Source of the DNA: Candidatus Latescibacterota bacterium
GTDB lineage: Bacteria > Latescibacterota > UBA2968 > UBA8231
Direction of reading: 5' to 3'
Assembly (NCBI GenBank): GCA_965242865.1
Contig: CBDETK010000013.1
Span: 3,968,001-4,032,000 of the forward strand
Length of the DNA stretch: 64,000 nucleotides
Under the pieces are notes generated by a model. It had not been told where the DNA came from, did not search any database, and saw only the letters and a program-made list of their open reading frames with translations. Made by a program: the position numbers and the translations under genes. This document shows positions 28,600 through 38,331 of this stretch, piece after piece (positions within the stretch are counted from its first letter, which is position 1; the number at the start of each line of letters is the position of its first letter).

Positions 28600-29913
28600 A
28601 TGAGCGAATTTTTTAAGGGCATTAAAAAAATTGCGTACGAAGGCCCGGATTCCAAAAACCCCCTCGCCTTCAAGCACTACGACGCCGAGGCACTGGTCGG
28701 CGACAAAACCATGGCCGAGCACTTGCGCTTCTCCGTGGCCTTTTGGCACAGCTTTAAGGGCGGGGGCATCGATCCCTTCGGCCCAACTCCGGTGTACGAC
28801 CGGCCTTGGGACCGCGCCGCCGACTCCATGCAGCGCGCCGAGGACACCCTGTGTGCGGCCTTTGAGTTCATTACCAAGTTAGGCGCGCCGTTCTACTGCT
28901 GGCACGACCGCGACATCGCCCCCGAGGGCGCGACCCTCCAAGCGACCAACGACCGCCTCGACCGCATCGTGGGGCTGGCCGAGCAATTGCAAGCCGACAC
29001 GGGCGTCCGCTTGCTCTGGGGCACCTCCAACTGTTTCTCGCACGCACGCTTTACCCACGGGGCCGCCACCAACCCGGACGCTCACGTCTTCGCTTGGGCC
29101 GCGGCTCAGATCAAGAAAGCCATGGAATGCACCCAGCGGCTCGGGGGGGCCAACTACGTGTTTTGGGGTGGGCGCGAGGGGTACTCCAGCTTGCTCAACA
29201 CCAACATGGCCCAAGAGCAGGACCAACTCGCGCGCTTGTTGCAGATGGCTGTCGAACACAAAAAGGCGATTGGCTTTACCGGCACCCTGCTCGTGGAGCC
29301 CAAACCCAAAGAGCCGACCAAGCACCAGTACGACTACGACGCCGCTACGGTCTTGAGCTTTCTCCGCAAATACGACCTGTTGGACGAGTTCGCGCTCAAC
29401 ATCGAAGCCAACCACGCCACCTTGGCCGGCCACACCTTTGAACACGACCTCCAACTCGCCTCGGCCGAGGGCAAACTGGGCAGCATTGACGCCAACCGCG
29501 GCGATTACCTGCTCGGCTGGGACACCGACCAATTTCCCACCGACCTCTACTCCACCACCCACGCCATGCTGGTGATTCTCAACCAAGGCGGCATCCGGCC
29601 CGGCGGTATCAACTTCGACGCCAAGGTGCGGCGCGGCTCTTGCGATTTGGAGGATCTCTTCCACGCCCACATCGGCGGCATGGACTCGTTTGCCCGCGGG
29701 CTAACGCTGGCCCAGCGCATCATCGACGACGGTGCCCTCGCCGCCTTTGTGGAAGCGCGCTACGCCTCATACCGCAACGGCTTCGGCGAGAAAATCATGC
29801 GCGGCGAAACCAGCTTCGCCGAGTTGGAAGCCTACGTCCACCAGCACGGCGAGCCGGAACGGCGTAGCGGTCGAGAGGAAATGCTGGAAAACATCGTCAA
29901 TAGCTATCTGTGA
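28600..29913 (+). CDS. xylA: Xylose isomerase (class II)
   Basis: 'LRFSVAFWH', 'WHDRD', 'VFWGGREGY', 'EPKPKEPTKHQYD', 'NIEANHATLAGH', 'GWDTDQF'. Confidence 0.96.
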   Translation: MSEFFKGIKKIAYEGPDSKNPLAFKHYDAEALVGDKTMAEHLRFSVAFWHSFKGGGIDPFGPTPVYDRPWDRAADSMQRAEDTLCAAFEFITKLGAPFYCWHDRDIAPEGATLQATNDRLDRIVGLAEQLQADTGVRLLWGTSNCFSHARFTHGAATNPDAHVFAWAAAQIKKAMECTQRLGGANYVFWGGREGYSSLLNTNMAQEQDQLARLLQMAVEHKKAIGFTGTLLVEPKPKEPTKHQYDYDAATVLSFLRKYDLLDEFALNIEANHATLAGHTFEHDLQLASAEGKLGSIDANRGDYLLGWDTDQFPTDLYSTTHAMLVILNQGGIRPGGINFDAKVRRGSCDLEDLFHAHIGGMDSFARGLTLAQRIIDDGALAAFVEARYASYRNGFGEKIMRGETSFAELEAYVHQHGEPERRSGREEMLENIVNSYL

Positions 29914-29917
29914 GGGG
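29806..29917 (+). repeat. Direct repeat copy 1 (xylA 3' end, 112 bp)
   Basis: Matches 31961-32072 with 7 mismatches counted by eye. Confidence 0.92.
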
Positions 29918-29965
29918 ACGTAAATCCACAAGACGCAAGACGAGAAACGGACACACAACGGGGTT

Positions 29966-30880
29966 GTGGTGATTGCCAAAGAACAAGTGGAGAACCGAAA
30001 GTACTGGATTGACCAGATAAGTCGCCTAAGTGGCGATTTTGGCGTTGATGCCGCAAGGATCGAGCAAGAGCTGGCGCAGGAAATCCAAGTACAAGGGATT
30101 GGCTCGCTGCTTGGACATCTGCGTTTATGTGGTGCAATCCCGGAGTGCTATGAGCACGACACCAGCGAAGAGAAGCTATACTCCAAATACACTGATGTTG
30201 TAATTCACGCAGCATACACTGCAATGGGGTTTACAAGCTTGGTTCTCAAGGAGCGAGCTAATGTAGCTGATGTTGAGTGCGTCACTGACGACTACGGTTT
30301 TGTCGCCGATGCAAAAGCATTTAGACTGAGCCGCACCGCGAAGAATCAGAAGGATTTCAAAGTGCAAGCAATGGACGACTGGAAGCATGGGAAGCCCTAT
30401 GCAATGGTTGTTTGTCCGGTGTATCAATTGCCGTCTCGGACGAGTCAGATATACAAACAGGCTGCCGAGCGGTCCGTCTGCATTGCGACGTACACCCATC
30501 TAGCTGTGCTTGTTCGCTATGCCCAAGAATCAACGAGGAACAAGGCAATGGAGTTGATTCGCGAGGTGTTTAGAACGGTCGAAGCGATGAATCCGTCAAA
30601 GAATGCAGCTAGCTACTGGCAGACGGTGAATCGCACACTCTTGGACTTTGACGAAGTAATCGGCGCAATATGGCGGGATGAGAAACTCGCATCAAACGAG
30701 GCCATAGGCATCTCGAAAGAAGAAGCACTTACTTTTCTCGCTACGGAGCGAGAGCGAATCATGAGATTATCTCGCGCTGACGCGATAAAGGAGGTGCTGA
30801 AGTGGAGGACACTCGACAACAAGGTTCAAAAGGTTCAATCCGTTGCCAAAAACGACATCCTTGACTTGGAGGCAGCATGA
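29966..30880 (+). CDS. HindIII-family type II restriction endonuclease
   Basis: 'CGAIPE.Y.HD.SEEKLYSKY.D', 'ADV......FVADAKAFRLSRTAKNQKDFKV', 'YQLP...SQIY.QA'. Confidence 0.85.
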   Translation: MVIAKEQVENRKYWIDQISRLSGDFGVDAARIEQELAQEIQVQGIGSLLGHLRLCGAIPECYEHDTSEEKLYSKYTDVVIHAAYTAMGFTSLVLKERANVADVECVTDDYGFVADAKAFRLSRTAKNQKDFKVQAMDDWKHGKPYAMVVCPVYQLPSRTSQIYKQAAERSVCIATYTHLAVLVRYAQESTRNKAMELIREVFRTVEAMNPSKNAASYWQTVNRTLLDFDEVIGAIWRDEKLASNEAIGISKEEALTFLATERERIMRLSRADAIKEVLKWRTLDNKVQKVQSVAKNDILDLEAA

Positions 30881-31848
30881 ACGAGGAATACTTGGACCAA
30901 ATCACACGCGGCGACTGTCGGGATCACATTTCGCGCTTGGCCGACGACAGCATTGAACTTTTCCTCTCGGACATTCCCTATGGCATCAGTCTAGACGACT
31001 GGGATGTCTTACACGACAATACGAACTCGGCACTGTTGGGGCAGTCGCCCGCGCAGGCTGGAAAATCGGCCTTTAAGAGGCGAGGCAAACCCATCAATGG
31101 CTGGTCGCAGGCCGATAGGAACATTGGCCGGGAGTATCAGCAGTGGTGTCAAAGCTGGACTGAACGGCTTTTGCCAAAAATGAAGCGCGGCGCATCACTT
31201 TTCGTCTTCGGCGCACGCCGCACCATACACCGCGTCGTCAACGCCTTTGAAGACAGCGGCTTTCTGCTCAAGGACATGCTCGCTTGGCAGAAAGAATCGG
31301 CGCACCATCGAGCGCAAAGGGTGAGCATTGTCTTTGCAAGGCGTGGGTTAGAAGCCGAGGCCAAAGCGTGGCGCGGCTGGCGTTTGGGAAACCTCGCCCC
31401 CGTATATGAGCCGATTGCTTGGTTCGTAAAGCCCTACAAGATCGGCGGAACTATTGCCGACAACATCCTCGAACAAGGCGTAGGGGCCATGAACCTAGAA
31501 GCGTGTCAAAGCCATGGCGCGGCCCCAACCAATCTCTTGGCGTTTGGTTTCCAAAAGGGCGAACAAAAAATTCACGAGGCCCAGAAGCCGCTGCAGCTCA
31601 TTGAGTTCCTGATCAGGCTCACAACGCAAGAGGGCCAAGCGGTATTGGACCCATTCATGGGCAGCGGCACTACGGCTATTGCCGCGCGGCGACTCAACAG
31701 GCACTTCATAGGCTTTGAGATCTCGCCCAATTTTCATCGGGCCGCACTTCAGCGGTTGGATTCAGAATGCGGAACGGGAAATGCGAAAGATGCCCCATCG
31801 CTCCAGCAAATGCTCTTTGAAAGAGCGCGCGGTAAGTACAAGAGCTAA
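30877..31848 (+). CDS. HindIII-like N6-adenine DNA methyltransferase (beta class)
   Basis: 'LSDIPYG' motif IV precedes 'H..QKP...VLDPFMGSGTT' motif I; ATGA overlap with the endonuclease. Confidence 0.88.
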   Translation: MNEEYLDQITRGDCRDHISRLADDSIELFLSDIPYGISLDDWDVLHDNTNSALLGQSPAQAGKSAFKRRGKPINGWSQADRNIGREYQQWCQSWTERLLPKMKRGASLFVFGARRTIHRVVNAFEDSGFLLKDMLAWQKESAHHRAQRVSIVFARRGLEAEAKAWRGWRLGNLAPVYEPIAWFVKPYKIGGTIADNILEQGVGAMNLEACQSHGAAPTNLLAFGFQKGEQKIHEAQKPLQLIEFLIRLTTQEGQAVLDPFMGSGTTAIAARRLNRHFIGFEISPNFHRAALQRLDSECGTGNAKDAPSLQQMLFERARGKYKS

Positions 31849-31856
31849 CTACAAGC

Positions 31857-31960
31857 TCAACTGTCCCTCGGCACGGCCATCATTCGCTCCAACGCCCGCC
31901 GCGCCCCCGCAATCACTTCGTCGTCTAGCTCGATTTCGTAGCGCTCGTAGAGCAGCGAAA
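31857..31960 (-). pseudogene. Orphan 3' end resembling quinolinate synthase NadA
   Basis: Minus strand reads 'SLLYERYEIELDDEVIAGARRALERMMAVPRDS*', resembling the NadA C-terminus as recalled. Confidence 0.6.
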
Positions 31961-32072
31961 GAGACCAACTTTGCCGAGTTGGAAGCCTACGTCCACCAGC
32001 ACGGCGAGCCGGAACGGCGCAGCGGCCGCGAGGAAATGCTGGAAAACATCGTCAATAGCTATTTGTGAGGGG
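31961..32072 (+). repeat. Direct repeat copy 2 (orphan xylA 3' end)
   Basis: Encodes 'ETNFAELEAYVHQHGEPERRSGREEMLENIVNSYL*', nearly identical to the XylA tail. Confidence 0.92.
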
Positions 32073-32083
32073 GTATTCCTTCC

Positions 32084-32815
32084 CTAAGCGTCGATCATCG
32101 CCTGCATCTTCGCGGCGACCCAGTCAATGGCCACATCGGCCATCACCCGGCCTTTCTTGGGTGTGGCCAAGTCGCGGCCCGCCTCAAAGTAGATCGGGTC
32201 GCGCGGAGCGTAGCTTTCGCTCTTGATGTCGAGGTTGGCCGCTGCGTAATCAACCCCTTTCCACTGCACGTTCTCGGGAAACGCCGCCATGGCAAACGAG
32301 GTCTCAAACTCGGCCGCATGCGCCGGGCAATCCCCCGAGTCCAGCACTTGGGCGACCAACTCCTCTGAATACGCGGCCCAATACGAATAAAACTGCACGT
32401 CCATACCCAGCCCCTTGCTGAAGTCCTCGACTTGGCCGCCCAAGGGGCTGTTGCCGGCGTGGCCATTGCATATCAGGACGCGCTCAATCCCGTGCCGCTT
32501 GAGCGACTCGCACACGTCGTAGGCTACGGCAAAGAAGGTCTCCGGCCGCAGGCTCAAGGTGCCGGGGAATTCCATCCAGTGCTCGGAGATGCCTACGGAC
32601 AGGGGCGTGGCCACCACCACTTGCGGATAGAGCTGTAAGGCCGCTTGGTGCGCGACATGCGCCGCGCTGGCGGTGTCGTGCTCCATCGCCAAGTGCTCGT
32701 TGTGCTGCTCCGTGCTGCCGGTGGGCAAAATCGCGCCCTTGATCAGGCCCTGTTCCAGCCGCTCGCGCATGTGGCGGCGGGTCAATTTCCACAGCCGTAC
32801 TTCTTCGACGATCAT
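32084..32815 (-). CDS. Creatininase family protein
   Basis: 'LPTGSTEQH..HL...D', 'G.S.H...FPGTLSL', 'NGHAGN', 'HA.EFETS'. Confidence 0.9.
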   Translation of the reverse strand: MIVEEVRLWKLTRRHMRERLEQGLIKGAILPTGSTEQHNEHLAMEHDTASAAHVAHQAALQLYPQVVVATPLSVGISEHWMEFPGTLSLRPETFFAVAYDVCESLKRHGIERVLICNGHAGNSPLGGQVEDFSKGLGMDVQFYSYWAAYSEELVAQVLDSGDCPAHAAEFETSFAMAAFPENVQWKGVDYAAANLDIKSESYAPRDPIYFEAGRDLATPKKGRVMADVAIDWVAAKMQAMIDA

Positions 32816-32957
32816 CGTTTTACTCCTTTGGATTCGCGTTTGATAGGGCAACTTGCAGGGCCTATCATGCAAAATTAATCGACCGCAGACAACGCCCATG
32901 CCCATCGCTTGCTGTTTTTTGCTCTTGGCCGCTCTGTATTGAGGGCCGACTAGCGGC

Positions 32958-34433
32958 TCAAGCCCGCCACAAGTCGAGCTGCGGTCGGTCGCCGATTTGG
33001 ATTAGCGATCCAGCCGCTTCAAAGGGCATGCGCCCGCCAATGCAGTACGTACACAAGGCGCGCTCGGGCAGGCCAGCCTGTGCAAAGGCATTGAGCATCC
33101 CCTGCTGCGACAAGTAAATCACCGGCATTCCCATTGCCTCGCCAATGGCCTCGGCCGTGCGCCCCCGTGCGATAAACTCGTCGCCCGGCGGCGGGTCTGG
33201 CGGCATATCCACCCCAAAGGTGCATCCCCTCGGTACGCCATCGTCGCCGATGATGCCAATCGGCGGCGTGTAACTCACCAAATAGGCTCGCTCAACGCCA
33301 GCCTCCTCGTAGAGCAGGTCGCAGGCCCGCTTGGAATTGTTGCCGCGCACGATGCTGTCGTCAATCAGGATCACGGTCTTGCCCTGGAGCTTTCGCGCCA
33401 TCCCGGGCAAAAGGTGCAAGTTCTGGCCAATCGAGTCCTTGCGATCGTCAGCGGTTGAACCTTGGAACGAGCGCTCGCCGCGCATCTTGTAGAACACGGG
33501 TTCAAAGGGCAATTCCGCCTGCTTGGCGTAGGCGCGGGCCGCCACCTCGGGACAGCGCGGCAGATACGTGACCAGATCGCCGTCGGGCGGCAGAAATTCC
33601 TCGCTGAGCATCTCGCCTAGGGATTCGCGGATGCGGCGCACGCTGACGCCGTTGATGATCGAGTCGAGGTCGGTGATGTAGTTCCATTCAAAAAAGCAAT
33701 AGGCCGGGTTGGTCTTGACCACGACTTCCTTGCGGTAATCCCCTTCGGGCGTGAGATAGTAGATCGCTCCCGGCTCCAAGTCCTCGACGTATTCGCCGCC
33801 GTTTTTGCGGAAGGCGATGTCCTCCGAGGCCATCACGTGCTTGCCGTCCTTCCAACCGAGGACTCCGGGTTTGATCCCGGTGCGATCGCGTATTGCGATC
33901 ACGTCGCGTTCGCGCTTGTCGGCAATGGCCAAGGTATAGGCTCCGGGCACCTCCTTGAGGAAGTTGTACGCGCCGCGCTCGCGGTAGAGGTACAGCAGGG
34001 CCTCTGTGTCGCAGCTCGAATACAAGTGCAAGGGCGCCGAGTCCTCGAAGAAGACCCGGTCGATTTGGCCGTTGTGGACAGCCGCTAGGTCGCAGTCCCA
34101 GATCAGGATGTGGTTGTCGCGGTGTTCGACCGTGCCGCCGATGACGTGCGGATGCGCCTCCTCGAGGATTTTGTCCTTTGAGCCGCGGGTGGCGTAGCGC
34201 ACGTGGGCCATGTACGTGTGGTAGTTGGGGCTGAGGAAAATTTTGTGGAGATCGGTTACGTCAAAGCGCGAAACCCCGCCCTTCCACTTGATCACGTCGA
34301 TGCGGTCGTCCCCGACAGCCGCAATGCCGGCCGCCTCGCGGCCTCGATGCTGGAGCGAATGGATAAAGCGGTAGGCGTCGTGGAGAGAGTGAGCTATGGT
34401 CAGACCACAGTTGTGGCGCACGACCTCGGCCAT
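32958..34433 (-). CDS. purF: Amidophosphoribosyltransferase (divergent)
   Basis: Short propeptide then 'CG'; 'LQHRG.EAAG', 'HVRYAT', 'HNG', 'CFFE', 'LIDDSIVRG', C-terminal 'CTYC'. Confidence 0.82.
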   Translation of the reverse strand: MAEVVRHNCGLTIAHSLHDAYRFIHSLQHRGREAAGIAAVGDDRIDVIKWKGGVSRFDVTDLHKIFLSPNYHTYMAHVRYATRGSKDKILEEAHPHVIGGTVEHRDNHILIWDCDLAAVHNGQIDRVFFEDSAPLHLYSSCDTEALLYLYRERGAYNFLKEVPGAYTLAIADKRERDVIAIRDRTGIKPGVLGWKDGKHVMASEDIAFRKNGGEYVEDLEPGAIYYLTPEGDYRKEVVVKTNPAYCFFEWNYITDLDSIINGVSVRRIRESLGEMLSEEFLPPDGDLVTYLPRCPEVAARAYAKQAELPFEPVFYKMRGERSFQGSTADDRKDSIGQNLHLLPGMARKLQGKTVILIDDSIVRGNNSKRACDLLYEEAGVERAYLVSYTPPIGIIGDDGVPRGCTFGVDMPPDPPPGDEFIARGRTAEAIGEAMGMPVIYLSQQGMLNAFAQAGLPERALCTYCIGGRMPFEAAGSLIQIGDRPQLDLWRA

Positions 34434-34511
34434 GGACGGACCTCGCGAGAATTGAGCAGAGAATGTAGCAAAAAATTACAGGCGATGGCGCGGCGCGGCA
34501 AGGCCGCAGGG

Positions 34512-35882
34512 CTACAACGTCAGAATCAGCCCTTGTGCCAAGAGCGACTCAACCGTCTGGGCAAACGCCGCGGTCGATTCTTCGATGTCTTGGGCCGTGT
34601 GGGCCGACGAGAGTACGCCGCCGGTGGAGCTCATGTTATCGACCCCGTAAAAGCGCAAATTGCGCTGGTACTCTTCGATCAGCTTCCCCGGCATCCCCTT
34701 GAGCCGCTCAGCCTCGGTCGTGTGCAAATCCGCCCGGCTATGGGCCTTTTGTGCGTGCGGGTGCTCGGTTTCAAAATAGACGTGAAAGGTCGAACACGCG
34801 CCATATACGTACCCCGCGATGCCGCGGCGTTCCAAAACTTCGTCCCAAGCAGCGCGCAGGTCCGCGGCGCGGGCGTTGGCTTGGTCTATCGGCTCGCCCG
34901 TGGCCACGCGCTTGAGCACGGCAATTCCAGCCGCAGCCGAAAGCGGTGCTCCGTTAAAAGTCCCTTGGTGCGTCACGGGCGGGCGGGAATCGCCCGACAC
35001 ATCGAAGAGCTCCATAATGTCCGCTCGTCCCACCACAGCCCCGCCGGGCATGCCGCCGGCTACCACCTTGGCAAAACAAGATAGATCCGGCCGCAGCCCG
35101 TAGAGCACTTGGGCACCGCCCGGACTGAAGCGAAAGCCGGTGACGACCTCGTCGAAAATCAGCACCACCCCGCGGGCGCGGGTTATTGTTTGTAGATCGC
35201 GCAAAAACTCCGGTGCTAGGGGCACCCGGCCCCACGAGCCGCCCGATGGCTCAATGATCGCCGCAGCAATATCGCCCTCTGCATCGAGGACGTCGGCGAC
35301 TTGGGCTGCATCCCCGGCCGGTACGCAGACGATGCGGTCGCGCACCTGGGGGGGAATGCCCAACGAGCCATCCGCATCAAAGGGCGGCTGAACGCCGCGC
35401 ATCACGTCGTCGTGCCACCCGTGGAAGTGGCCGGCAAAGCGCAGGACTTTGGGGCGGCCGGTAAAAGCCCGCGCCAAGCGCAGCGCTAGCAAGGTCGCCT
35501 CCGTCCCCGAATTGACCAAACGCACTCGTTCGGCCGAGGGGACCAGGGCTTGGATGCGCTCGGCCCACTCGAGGTGCAATGGATGGTCGTTGCCAAAGTG
35601 CGTCCCGCGCTCCACCGCCGCGGCAATGGCCGCTACGACTTCGGCTGGCGCGTGTCCCAAGAGCAAGGCCCCGTTGCCGAGCAGAAAGTCGATGAACTCG
35701 TTGCCATCGACATCCCACTTGCGGCCGCCGCTCCCCCGCTCGATATAGAGCGGCACCGGCGTTGCGTAGCGCAGGTCGTGCCCGGCCTTGCCGCCGAGCA
35801 CCTTGCAAGCGCGAGCAAAGTACTCCTGCGACCGGGGACGCGCTGCGGCGTAGGCCGCGTATATTTCGCTGTGCATTGCCAT
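34512..35882 (-). CDS. Class III aminotransferase (glutamate-1-semialdehyde aminomutase-like)
   Basis: 'WDVDGNEFID', 'NSGTEAT', 'HFHGWHD', 'LIFDEVVTGFR', 'AKVVAGGMPGGA', 'GTFNG'. Confidence 0.88.
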   Translation of the reverse strand: MAMHSEIYAAYAAARPRSQEYFARACKVLGGKAGHDLRYATPVPLYIERGSGGRKWDVDGNEFIDFLLGNGALLLGHAPAEVVAAIAAAVERGTHFGNDHPLHLEWAERIQALVPSAERVRLVNSGTEATLLALRLARAFTGRPKVLRFAGHFHGWHDDVMRGVQPPFDADGSLGIPPQVRDRIVCVPAGDAAQVADVLDAEGDIAAAIIEPSGGSWGRVPLAPEFLRDLQTITRARGVVLIFDEVVTGFRFSPGGAQVLYGLRPDLSCFAKVVAGGMPGGAVVGRADIMELFDVSGDSRPPVTHQGTFNGAPLSAAAGIAVLKRVATGEPIDQANARAADLRAAWDEVLERRGIAGYVYGACSTFHVYFETEHPHAQKAHSRADLHTTEAERLKGMPGKLIEEYQRNLRFYGVDNMSSTGGVLSSAHTAQDIEESTAAFAQTVESLLAQGLILTL

Positions 35883-35898
35883 AGCCTTTATAGCCTTT

Positions 35899-36471
35899 CT
35901 ACCTACGACCGTCCGCCGCAAGCGGTAATCGTCTGTCCGGTGATTCTTCTTTAGTGAACCTATTGAGTTCATCCGGGAACCATTCTACGAAAGCCTTCGC
36001 ATCAGAGTAGAGTTTGTATATTTCTTCGGAGGTTTTCTCAAGTGAGAAGCTGCCATAGTCGCCATGAACAAGACGATTTCTCTCACGACCAATTTCTAAG
36101 AATGCCTGTATAGATAGTTCTACGTCGTTATTCGTTTTCACCTTTTCCGTTATGTGATTCTTGAAGGAATCTCCAAATAGACTAAAAAACCTATTGGCAT
36201 TCTTCTTCTCCCAATCAAACCATGTGTGGTACTGGCGACTCACTGCTTTGTTTTGCACAAGCCACTTTATAGGATGATCTTTTCCAGTAACCTGTTCCAC
36301 AAAATTGACCACTACCTCCGTCATAGACCGTTCAAAATAGCTCGCGGCAGCTACCAACAATACTTTCCTGAAGTTTTCATCTGCAACACTGCGCCATGAA
36401 ATTTCGCCTGACTTGTACAAGAAGGTCAATATATCAGAGAAATCCTTGTATAAGCCATCAATAACACTCAT
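35899..36471 (-). CDS. HEPN-domain protein (predicted RNase)
   Basis: 'LLVAAASYFE' helix and RxxxxH motif 'RNRLVH'; low GC; start overlaps the DUF262 stop. Confidence 0.78.
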   Translation of the reverse strand: MSVIDGLYKDFSDILTFLYKSGEISWRSVADENFRKVLLVAAASYFERSMTEVVVNFVEQVTGKDHPIKWLVQNKAVSRQYHTWFDWEKKNANRFFSLFGDSFKNHITEKVKTNNDVELSIQAFLEIGRERNRLVHGDYGSFSLEKTSEEIYKLYSDAKAFVEWFPDELNRFTKEESPDRRLPLAADGRR

Positions 36472-37643
36472 CAGAATTCGGCTCCCCCCACAAGTTCTCG
36501 TGCCCTATTCAGTCTCTTATGTACATTTGAGGTGGCCGTAGTGCCTACTCGGCTCGCTTCAGCGAACTCCTTGTCTTTTTCGAGTGCTTGCAGGTGCTCT
36601 ATGTCTATTTCACCAGCGACGACGCGTCGTTCTGCAAATGCCTTCTCACAGACAACCGTAAAAACTGACTCATAGAGCGCAACGTTAAACCGATTGTTTA
36701 TCTTATTTTTGAAAGCAATGTCCGGCAAATTGGAGCATGCCTCTAGGAAAGACTCAAAAAGTTTCCGGCAGTACACATTCTGCTCTGGACGTTGATCTTT
36801 ACATTTTCTAGAAAACTGGTTCAAGAATTTGGCCAGAGAAGGCGCGTAATTATCGCCATCGACAAGTGTGGCAAACCCACGAAGAAGAAATTCAATGTCC
36901 CTCATATGTAAATCAGGTATGGATTGTCCCAAAATTCTCCGCCACTTCGGCAGATTATTAATATCGTACAGTACATTGTAGAAATCCGAGTGATACATAC
37001 TAGTGCGAATTTCTTGTGGACTCAGGGTTATACCGCCCGTATTGAGTCGGTTAAATATCTCATATATTGAGGAGTCGTCGGAGGGCGTATTCTGTTTGAC
37101 GACAATATTTCTTATTGGTCGTAAATCGAACTGGGTCTTGTAGTCACCAAGCGTCGCGTAGTTCAGACCCTTAAACATATTTGGATGATTGGGAATTTTT
37201 TCAGGCAGCCGGAGGTTGAAAGGCTGAAAATAGCTAGCGTCGTGCAGTATTTCTTCTGGAATATATCCCTCTTTATCGAATATAGAGCGAAGTTTTACTC
37301 GCGTTTCTTTCCGCGGGAATCGCTTCTTGATAAAATAGTAAATCGACATCAGGCGCTGTTGGCCATCTATGACGAGAAACTTGTTATGATCCTGTTCGTA
37401 AAGGAACAGTTGTGGTACTGGTAGGCCGAGTATGAGGGATTCGATCAATTTAGAGGCACGCCCTAAATCCCAGACGAAGTTGCGCTGAAAGCCGGGAATG
37501 CGTACCGCACCAGATTCCACGAAGCTGTGCAATGTCATTACATTGAAATCGTTGGGAGATACGGTAATGTCGTACTCCTCGACTTGTACCTCGTCCGCGT
37601 CTTCTGCGTAATCATCAAACCAAGATTGTCCGTTTTCGTCCAT
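36471..37643 (-). CDS. DUF262 (ParB/GmrS-like) protein
   Basis: 'IPGFQRNFVW...ASKLIESL.LGLPVP', 'VIDGQQRL', 'IFNRLNTGG..LS.QEIR'. Confidence 0.9.
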   Translation of the reverse strand: MDENGQSWFDDYAEDADEVQVEEYDITVSPNDFNVMTLHSFVESGAVRIPGFQRNFVWDLGRASKLIESLILGLPVPQLFLYEQDHNKFLVIDGQQRLMSIYYFIKKRFPRKETRVKLRSIFDKEGYIPEEILHDASYFQPFNLRLPEKIPNHPNMFKGLNYATLGDYKTQFDLRPIRNIVVKQNTPSDDSSIYEIFNRLNTGGITLSPQEIRTSMYHSDFYNVLYDINNLPKWRRILGQSIPDLHMRDIEFLLRGFATLVDGDNYAPSLAKFLNQFSRKCKDQRPEQNVYCRKLFESFLEACSNLPDIAFKNKINNRFNVALYESVFTVVCEKAFAERRVVAGEIDIEHLQALEKDKEFAEASRVGTTATSNVHKRLNRARELVGGAEF

Positions 37644-37692
37644 CTTATCCTCTTTCTGATGAAGGGCTCTTAAAGCCCATTTCGGGCTCGGG

Positions 37693-37718
37693 GCCGAAGA
37701 CCTTGCAAGGTCTTCGGC
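37693..37718. repeat. Perfect 26-bp palindrome
   Basis: GCCGAAGACCTTGCAAGGTCTTCGGC. Confidence 0.9.
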
Positions 37719-37872
37719 AGCGCGTCCCGCATTTTCTTTAGTGAACTGGCCCGGACGGAAAGCCGGGATGCTATCCCTGTACGCTCCGCTCCTTTCACGC
37801 CCTGCCTATTAGAAGAAAGCGGCCACACCCGCTATGGATGCAGCCGCGTCGTCGAACTTCTGGCGCCGGGTG

Positions 37873-38211
37873 CTAAACAGCCGCGTCGCCGGTCTCCCCG
37901 GTGCGGATCCGCACTACTTCATCTACCGATAGCATGAAAATTTTGCCGTCGCCGATGCGCCCGGTCTGCGCGGCCTCGCGCACGGCCCCCAAGCACTGCT
38001 CGGCGAGGTCGTCCCGGACCACCACTTCAACCTTGATCTTGGGGGTAAAATCGACGACGTACTCGGCGCCGCGGTATATCTCTTTATGGCCCTTCTGGCG
38101 GCCAAAACCCTTGACTTCGCTGACCGTGATGCCTTGGATGCCCAACCCGCTCAACGATTCCTTGATCGCGTCTAATGCGTTGGGCCGCACTACGCACATT
38201 AGCAGTTTCAT
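37873..38211 (-). CDS. glnB: P-II nitrogen regulatory protein (GlnB/GlnK)
   Basis: 'GFGRQKGH.E.YRGAEY.VDF.PK', 'TG.IGDGKIF', 'IRIRTGE'; 112 aa. Confidence 0.93.
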   Translation of the reverse strand: MKLLMCVVRPNALDAIKESLSGLGIQGITVSEVKGFGRQKGHKEIYRGAEYVVDFTPKIKVEVVVRDDLAEQCLGAVREAAQTGRIGDGKIFMLSVDEVVRIRTGETGDAAV

Positions 38212-38331
38212 GTCGCCACCTCCTCGCGTGTCGGTGCTTAGGGAAGGGGAAGGTAGTTTGCCGCACTCTCTGGCGCAATAGGTGCAATCGCTTTAGACTG
38301 TTGGCTTTGCTTTTTCGCTACCTTCTATAAT

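Larger units (their letters stand above)
35947..37746. mobile_element. DUF262-HEPN cassette bounded by a 13-bp direct repeat
   Basis: TTCTTTAGTGAAC at 35947-35959 and 37734-37746; lower GC between the copies. Confidence 0.65.

Noticed and set aside
31843-31960. attC-like start (GCTAAC) after the HindIII-like MTase
   Set aside because: No complementary GTTRRRY arm; the segment is better explained as a minus-strand nadA-like tail
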